Below are positions 26,682 to 32,849 of a DNA stretch of 32,849 bases, in pieces. Within the stretch, counting starts at the first letter, position 1, and every line of letters begins with the position of its first letter. The stretch is from Desulfurococcales archaeon (GTDB taxonomy: Archaea; Thermoproteota; Thermoprotei_A; Sulfolobales; NBVN01): NCBI GenBank assembly GCA_021158735.1, contig JAGGUC010000067.1, forward strand, positions 1-32,849. Direction: 5' to 3'. The notes below the pieces were generated by a model, which had not been told where the DNA came from, made no database searches, and was given only the letters and a program-made list of their open reading frames with translations. The position numbers were made by a program, and so were the translations under genes.

Positions 26682-27593
26682 ATGCAGCTATGTTATCTTG
26701 AGGTGTTAAGTGTGAGTGGACCTAAGCTTAGGGCCTTAGTTATAGGGTTAATAGCCTCACTCCTGCTATGCCTTAGTATGTTAGGTACTCCCATGTTAAC
26801 AGCCGCTTCATCCTCTATAGAGACTAATAAGGATGTGTATAGGGTAGGGGACGTTATGACTATTACTGTTAGAGATCCTAATGCAAACGTTAATAGATTC
26901 TTTGCTGATACAATTGAGGTTATAGTTAAGTCAACAAGCGATCTCGGAGGGATTAAGGTAGTATTAACTGAGACTGGGGCCGATACTGGAGTGTTTAAAG
27001 GTAGTGTGCTCTTGTCGGGTGCATTAGCAGTAGGACTTAATACATTATACGTTAAGCCTGGGGATGAAATAACGATAGTTTATGGTGGCATCACACATAA
27101 GGTACGGGTAGCATCTCATGAGGCTGTGATTGTAACCACAACTGCGACTACAGCACCTACTAAAACTGCGCCTCCTAAGACTATAAGTAGAACCGAGGCT
27201 TTAGTGCCTAGCGAAATTACGAATGTTACTATCACCACCAACGTCACTATACCGGTAGCTCCACCGGTAAAAGTAGTTAACGAGTCCCTTGAAGAACTAA
27301 TCTTAATGCTTAAGGAGCTTAAGGAGGATCTAAAGACCCTTAAAGATTCTAAGATGGCTCTAGTGAGGATTCAAGCAGTTGCTTCAATAATAGCTGAGAA
27401 GGCGTATGAGGAGGCTAAAGCCGGTAATTTAGAGGATGCTAAAGAACTAGCCTTAACTGCTCTAAACATGACACGTGGAGTTATAAAAGCTTATGATGAA
27501 AAAGCTGAGGTAGTTAAGAAGTATTCAGAATCATTTGAAAACATATGTGAAGCACTAGCAGAGCTCATTAGAGCATACACAGGGTCAAGCTAA
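26682..27593 (+). CDS. Secreted protein with one S-layer-like Ig module, Thr-rich linker and helical C-terminus
   Basis: Signal peptide; ITVRDPNAN...DTIEV..KSTSD..G....LTETGADTGVFKG. Confidence 0.75.
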   Translation: MQLCYLEVLSVSGPKLRALVIGLIASLLLCLSMLGTPMLTAASSSIETNKDVYRVGDVMTITVRDPNANVNRFFADTIEVIVKSTSDLGGIKVVLTETGADTGVFKGSVLLSGALAVGLNTLYVKPGDEITIVYGGITHKVRVASHEAVIVTTTATTAPTKTAPPKTISRTEALVPSEITNVTITTNVTIPVAPPVKVVNESLEELILMLKELKEDLKTLKDSKMALVRIQAVASIIAEKAYEEAKAGNLEDAKELALTALNMTRGVIKAYDEKAEVVKKYSESFENICEALAELIRAYTGSS

Positions 27594-27812
27594 GCATGGT
27601 TTAACGCCCATGTCATTGTAATGCCATAAACCCCAAACACTCTTTTTACCTTCATGGATTTCTACGCATAATGTGAGACTACCTACAATCCAATGTAATG
27701 TAGAACAGTAACTACCTCATAGAGTCTGGGGCGAGTTTATGAGTAACTCCTCATTGTGAGTTAGTATGTGAAATTTTATGTGAAAAGCCTTCATTCATGC
27801 TTTGCTAAAGCT

Positions 27813-28649
27813 TTAGCTTTCGGTGTGCTCGATTCCTGCTAGAAGATATATTAGAGCGTACCATCTGCCTACATTGTCGCTCCACAGCTTATCATCGCAG
27901 TAGTATGTTCTGTGGAATGGTGAGCCTCGAGGGCTGTCCTTAAATGTATTCATTACATGATCTTTTTCCATCAATAGGTACGTGTATATTCTCTCCATGC
28001 CACGGCACTTAAAACAGTACTTTATGAAACGTTCCGATAGTGGAGTCTGCATTAGAGCAAGAAATTCTAATCCTTCATTATCTATTGTTGTAAATGCCTT
28101 ACCGCACTTAAGACATGAAACTTTAATGAGCCTATTCTTTGCCCATTCGATATGCTTCGAAGCTTCGGGCTTCACATCCGATACTAACTCCTCCCATTCC
28201 TCCTCTATCAGCCTCTTTATCTCGCCGCACCAATATAGCACGATCTGAGCGAGCTCCCCTAAGCTATCCCTTCTCTTGCTGTAGTCCTCAGCTACACCGT
28301 TTACGAGCTTTATAGCTAAACCTCTAGCTCTGCTAGGATTAAGCATTACCGAAGGTGAGTGAAGGAGGGTTGAGGCATAATCAAGTACATGATGTAGGAG
28401 AAAAGCTCCTACACACTGCTTCCTAAATTCCTCACAATAACCACCGCATACCTCGTTGTAATATCTACTTAGCTCCTCATGTAGGTAATAAAATACCCAT
28501 GTCCCATCTATTATTACCCTACCGTAATCATGAAGCTCAGGATGCCCTATACTATCAATTTCCCTATTAATCTCATCAGCAATTCTGTCATCAATTCCTA
28601 GACGACGAGCCCACTTATTATGGATAGCCCAACTAGGCATAACCTTCAC
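27813..28649 (-). CDS. Hypothetical protein, putative metal-dependent hydrolase plus zinc ribbon
   Basis: MPSWAIH, NREID, HDYGR, LHHVLD, CLKC...CFKC. Confidence 0.65.
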   Translation of the reverse strand: MKVMPSWAIHNKWARRLGIDDRIADEINREIDSIGHPELHDYGRVIIDGTWVFYYLHEELSRYYNEVCGGYCEEFRKQCVGAFLLHHVLDYASTLLHSPSVMLNPSRARGLAIKLVNGVAEDYSKRRDSLGELAQIVLYWCGEIKRLIEEEWEELVSDVKPEASKHIEWAKNRLIKVSCLKCGKAFTTIDNEGLEFLALMQTPLSERFIKYCFKCRGMERIYTYLLMEKDHVMNTFKDSPRGSPFHRTYYCDDKLWSDNVGRWYALIYLLAGIEHTES

Positions 28650-28949
28650 CTAGGATTGCAATTATTGGGGTTCAAGACATAAGTTTAAAATTAAAATTTA
28701 AAAATAATCAAAAACTGTCAATCTAGACAATAGGATGTATGGTCAAACATAGACCTATTTCAATACACTCACATTAATCATAAGGACAGGCAACTATACA
28801 TTGTCACGTTTAAGGAGCCCATAGGCGAGGTGGTCAGGGAGAACAGGGGCAACCCCGAGAGAGCTAAGGAACTCAGTGAAGGAGCTAGAAGATCTTCTAG
28901 AAGCAGATCCACACCTATGAATCGGTGAAAAAAGTTTGAGGGTTTAGGA

Positions 28950-29359
28950 TCAGGGTCTCCTAATGCTTACAGTCGCGGCAACGACCGTGGCTACTACCAC
29001 AGCTCCGAGGATAGCTAACGCAGTAGCACCCCGAGCGCTCTCCCACTCCGGAGCCTCTAGCTCACCACCAACGATATAAGCGATAACCGTGGTGTTCACG
29101 TCATACGTTCCTAGGGCTTGACAGGATGGATCAGCATATAGATCGGTGCAGTTCTCTAAGGTTACCTCCCATGTGTAGGTACCTGCCTGTGTGGGTGTGT
29201 GGGCTGTGAAGGTTACGTCGGTATCAGCTGTCACCTGCTCAGGCGTTAGAGATACAGTGATATTAGGGCCCTGCATCTGAGCTGCGGCAATGACCCCGCA
29301 AGAATCACAGCAACTACAGCTATGGTAGCAGAGATGTAGAGCAACCTCAATACATTCAT
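28950..29359 (-). pseudogene. Small surface protein with C-terminal anchor, frameshifted after its signal peptide
   Basis: MNVLRLLYISATIAVVAVILAG joins VIAAAQMQGP... if one G is added to the run at 29294-29297; ends with VGGELE, a TM helix and RRP. Confidence 0.6.
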
Positions 29360-29489
29360 CACAGCAACAGAGAAACCCTAGAAAATAAATCTTTCGAGAA
29401 GTTTCTAGCTGTTCTCGAGGCTGAGGGCAGGATAGAGTGTGGATCCGTCGGCAAGGCCAAGCTCTGCAGGGCTAGGGAGAGGTGATGCC

Positions 29490-29606
29490 GTGGATCCCAT
29501 GGACCTGCTCCTAACTACCCTAGCAGTAGTGATCCTCAACGCTACAGCAACAGCCTTTACGGGGCATGCGCTGAGGAAGCTCGAGAGGAGAACCCTTAGC
29601 AGCTAA
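29490..29606 (+). CDS. Possible 38-aa membrane peptide, preceded by a wHTH-like gene fragment
   Basis: GAGGTGA RBS; MDPMDLLLTTLAVVILNATATAF...; upstream remnant FLAVLEAEGRIECGSVGKAKLCR. Confidence 0.4.
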   Translation: MDPMDLLLTTLAVVILNATATAFTGHALRKLERRTLSS

Positions 29607-29654
29607 CCAAAGAACCTTACGGTCAGGGACATGCATGACGTCATGTCGCACATC

Positions 29655-30160
29655 TATTTAAGACGTATTTAAGACAGTTTTAAGAGGTATCTGCGGTAGC
29701 TTAAAGTACATTTAAGACAGAGTGAGACATTTGTCGCAAAACGTCTTACTTTGTCGTAAATACGCTTCTCAAGCTGGGGAGTTTGAGAACATGTATTATC
29801 AAATGTTACGAAATGTTTCGAAATGTTCGCAAAACTGCGGGGTTTAAGACAGTACATTAAACAATTAGTGGGAGGTAGCTTCATCATCGAGCAGTTCCTG
29901 CTCGATTATTTAAGACATGTTTTAAGTGTTCCCGGACTTAGCGTGGGTGGAGTTCTGGGTGTGGTATGTTTTGCTCTCATATTTACTCTACAAGAGTTTA
30001 ACTCAATAATCGCTCCAATGCTAACTATACTTCTCAGAGTCAATATAGGGGTTAACGTGGGAGTCAATATCGCAAAAACACTTAATAGTTTTTATAATTC
30101 TTTTACAGCAGAGTTTATGGCGATTTCGTAGAGTCTTAATACTGAAACTGCGGTGCTTCT
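29655..30160. repeat. Iteron- and hairpin-rich non-coding region (origin or recombination region candidate)
   Basis: TTTAAGAC/G at 29657, 29668, 29679, 29711, 29843, 29909; AAATGTT at 29801, 29811, 29821; hairpins at 29766-29789 and 29887-29905. Confidence 0.7.
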
Positions 30161-30587
30161 ATGCAGTTAAGGCGGGAATGGGCTTAAAGAACGTGTAGAA
30201 CTTTTCGAAAATGAACCACATTAGTGATTACCTAATAATAATTATACAATTAGCTTAGAGCTAATCCTAAATTAGGTTCTTTAATTAGATCCTTGTAGTC
30301 GAGGCTTAAGATGCCAGAAATAAATGAAGTAGAGTACGAAGGCCCACTAAGAAGTGAGGCTAAATAGTCTATACTCTAAAACGCTTATATCGATCTTGAC
30401 AACCCTTAGAATGGGATGAGGAGTAGGTAGACCGTAGACATTTACCTGCTAATGGTCTTGTACGCATCTGTGCTAAGCAATGGCTTACCGCATATGTTGT
30501 TACGTGGAGTTGAAGCGAATTATCTTGAAGAATCAATTATTTGACTAAGGTCGAATAAGCTTTATAAGAACATACTATTTGTGAAAC

Positions 30588-32384
30588 TTACGATATCCAT
30601 TCTATAATCCGTTCTCCATTTCTTGTTTTTCTTACTTTACGTACTTGTACTAGGTATTCTATAACTCCCTTAATATCTTCCTCCCTATACTCTTCATCTC
30701 TAACTTCTTTTCCTAACTTCTTCACTTCCTCAATTAATTCTCTTTCACGTATTCTCTTTCTTTCGCGTATGGTTGTTTCAACATCGTCTAGAAGAGAGTT
30801 ATATGATATTGATGGTATACCTAGTAGTAGAGCATATGTTCTAAGCTCTTTATCGTTTGTGAAGAGCACAGCATTCCTCCTTAAAGCTTCTAGAAGAACC
30901 GCGGTATCCACTAAGTCTCCACTTGCCATCTTTGCTATTTCAGAAGCCCCTCGGAGAGCCTGAGCTATAACCGCAGCTTGAGACACGGACTTAGAGGTTG
31001 GCTCCTCCAACACTTTTAATCTAATGTATCCTGCTCCGCTTATTTCATAAAGCCTAGTCAACGATCTTATTATGTTGTTCATTTCTTTTTTAATACTAAA
31101 CTTTCTCTTCAATTCATAGATAACTGGAGTAGGGATAATAATTTCCCTACCTGACATGAAGGTTTTGAAGAATGAGCCTCGAGGATTATAGGGGTAAGTT
31201 AGTGTAGTGATTATATTTGTATCCATTACTATGGGCTTTTTCCTATCGAATAGGGGATTTGTGAAAAGCTCGATTTCCACTTCCGTACTAAGATCTATTT
31301 CCGGAAAAACTTCATAGCTAATTACCTGGCCATAAGGGGTGGGTTCAACGAAGGGCTTCACCATTTCATCATATACTTCAAATTCCTTTACTTTAGCAGG
31401 GGATGTAAAGGGTAGGAGAACATCACCATAAAGGTAGATGCTCTTGTATTCGAGCGTTTCATATACTTTCCTCCTAACCCAGTTTATTGTACCTTCCTCA
31501 CCACCTTGAATTAATTGGCTAACTATTTTCGAAGGATTATATACCTTTAGCTTAACCTTTTTAGCCTTTTTAACCCAGTCATTATCAGCTCTCAACGGAA
31601 CCATAGTTATTGGGAGAAGGCTGGGCTTAAGCTCTTTATTGCTAAGCTTGAAAATGCTAGAAATAACCCAGAACGCCATGAATGGGTTGGCTGTTAAAGC
31701 ACGCAGAGGATTAGGGTGATAAGCGAAAGAGCCTACGTCTATGCCTGATATTAGGAAGGATTCTTCGATAGGAAAGTCTATGGATGAGAAGAAGGAACCT
31801 ACACCAACCACTACATCAGCTTCCTTTAAAGCATGCTTAATCAGGTCTTTCACTTCGCTAGTAGCTCCATCCACAATCTTCATTAATTCTTCTTTAGCGC
31901 TCTTCATCTTGGGATCGGTCATGGCCAGTATGGTCGTAGGTTCTATGTTCTTCTCTGTTCTAAGGTACATAGTAAAGTCTATAAACTTCTCCTCAACTAA
32001 TGAGTAGACTTTCTTAAACACTTTATATTCCTTAGAGTTCTCTCTTAGCTTATCGAAAGCTGGTATTTTTAAGATGTAATCGTATTGATGAGGTTTCCAA
32101 CCTACTTTCTCAGTAAAACCAAATTCTGTTAGGAAATAGTAGTGCTGATTTGCAATATGGTCGAAAACACTTAGCAACATACGTGCCTCTTTATCAGGGT
32201 CTATTTCCTTAAATTCTCTAACTTTTTCAATAGTAGTACGGCTTCTAAAAGAAGGTCTATTAAGTTCAAAACCCACTTGATCACCAAACTCAACCTTCAA
32301 TTCGTTCTTTACATTATCCTTGATGAAGATTCCATGTTCAAACCATAAGCTTACCCAAGCTCTATAAGACTTCATGTTTTTCAT
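30588..32384 (-). CDS. Large protein with unknown N-terminal region, PIN domain and C-terminal wHTH-like tail
   Basis: IVMDTNII, IIIPTPVIYEL, DLVDTAVL, LFTNDKEL. Confidence 0.8.
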   Translation of the reverse strand: MKNMKSYRAWVSLWFEHGIFIKDNVKNELKVEFGDQVGFELNRPSFRSRTTIEKVREFKEIDPDKEARMLLSVFDHIANQHYYFLTEFGFTEKVGWKPHQYDYILKIPAFDKLRENSKEYKVFKKVYSLVEEKFIDFTMYLRTEKNIEPTTILAMTDPKMKSAKEELMKIVDGATSEVKDLIKHALKEADVVVGVGSFFSSIDFPIEESFLISGIDVGSFAYHPNPLRALTANPFMAFWVISSIFKLSNKELKPSLLPITMVPLRADNDWVKKAKKVKLKVYNPSKIVSQLIQGGEEGTINWVRRKVYETLEYKSIYLYGDVLLPFTSPAKVKEFEVYDEMVKPFVEPTPYGQVISYEVFPEIDLSTEVEIELFTNPLFDRKKPIVMDTNIITTLTYPYNPRGSFFKTFMSGREIIIPTPVIYELKRKFSIKKEMNNIIRSLTRLYEISGAGYIRLKVLEEPTSKSVSQAAVIAQALRGASEIAKMASGDLVDTAVLLEALRRNAVLFTNDKELRTYALLLGIPSISYNSLLDDVETTIRERKRIRERELIEEVKKLGKEVRDEEYREEDIKGVIEYLVQVRKVRKTRNGERIIEWIS

Positions 32385-32567
32385 AAAAGGCGCCCTTCAC
32401 GGACTTATCTCGATTTCATAATATATTTTTGTAAAAAGTTAAAATATCTAACCATAACCTTCTCCCTTAGCCTACAACCTTCTCAACCCCGTTAGGTATG
32501 ACTAGACTTTAAATTATATGGTTAAATTTATGAGTTCTAATGTTTTAGAGTTAGTATTGGTGTTAAC

Positions 32568-32849
32568 GTGGCTAGTAGTAAGGGGGAAACGTATCATCAG
32601 AGGTGGAGGCGTGAGCACCCTAGGCTTCAGATATATCTTTCTAAAGAAGAGTATGAGTGGCTTAGGAAGAGAGCTGATGCTAAAGGGGTATCGATGAAGG
32701 ACATTGTTCTAGAGGCTATTAAGCGTGAAAGGGATGTGGAGCTTGAAAAGAATTTGGAGTTTCTTAGGGGGTTTTATAGAGCATTAGATCTGTTTATTGA
32801 TGATCCATGGGAATTCTATGTGAGGGTTATTGATAGAGCTAGGAGTAGG
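32568..32849 (+). CDS. Ribbon-helix-helix (CopG-like) domain protein, runs off the right edge
   Basis: Manual translation: MASSKGETYHQRWRREHPRLQIYLSKEEYEWLRKRADAKGVSMKDIVLEAIK... Confidence 0.75.
   Translation, partial: MASSKGETYHQRWRREHPRLQIYLSKEEYEWLRKRADAKGVSMKDIVLEAIKRERDVELEKNLEFLRGFYRALDLFIDDPWEFYVRVIDRARSR

Larger units (their letters stand above)
24856..32849 (+). mobile_element. Integrated element at tRNA-Thr (right end beyond the window or lost)
   Basis: Integrase directly downstream of the tRNA, followed by orphan genes, a repeat-rich region and an RHH gene; no attR seen. Confidence 0.75.

Noticed and set aside
28815-28905. GGGGCAACCCC tetraloop hairpin region as an ncRNA
   Set aside because: Only short stems, and the sequence reads equally well as a purine-rich gene fragment
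29655-30160. CRISPR or guide-RNA array, and ORFs 29669-29887 and 29823-30131
   Set aside because: Repeats are 7-10 bp with no regular unique spacers and no cas genes are present; the ORFs run across the repeats and look non-coding

Overview
Archaeal window, most likely from a hyperthermophilic Thermoproteota (Desulfurococcales-like) genome; the taxonomy is inferred from gene content. It has three zones. (1) 1-~8.9 kb is decayed mobile DNA. Two identical 42-bp tRNA 3'-half att sites (1077-1118, 7259-7300) are each followed by a pNOB8-type integrase remnant, which implies tandem integrations. The 6.2-kb element between them carries two broken metallophosphoesterases, a divergent DUF3800/RNase H-like gene abutting a GC-rich candidate ncRNA, a pilin-like protein, a helicase fragment and a small AbrB-like gene. 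(2) ~9.3-24.7 kb is mostly intact host genes: Fe/B12-type ABC transporter, FmdE-like protein, SIS protein, beta-CASP RNase, NAC, HTH-DRTGG regulator, XPD, SpeE, form III RuBisCO and Mrp/Nbp35. It also holds a maleate-isomerase pseudogene and an adenine-deaminase pseudogene, the latter interrupted by a 204-bp IS607-derived mini-element that keeps the TnpB tail/omegaRNA region. (3) From tRNA-Thr(CGT) at 24780 to the window end is a second integrated element. It has an intact pNOB8-type integrase, surface proteins, a putative metallohydrolase, an iteron-rich region with Sulfolobus-plasmid-like recombination motifs, a large PIN-domain protein and an RHH protein. All family calls come from reading motifs by eye; no database searches were run.
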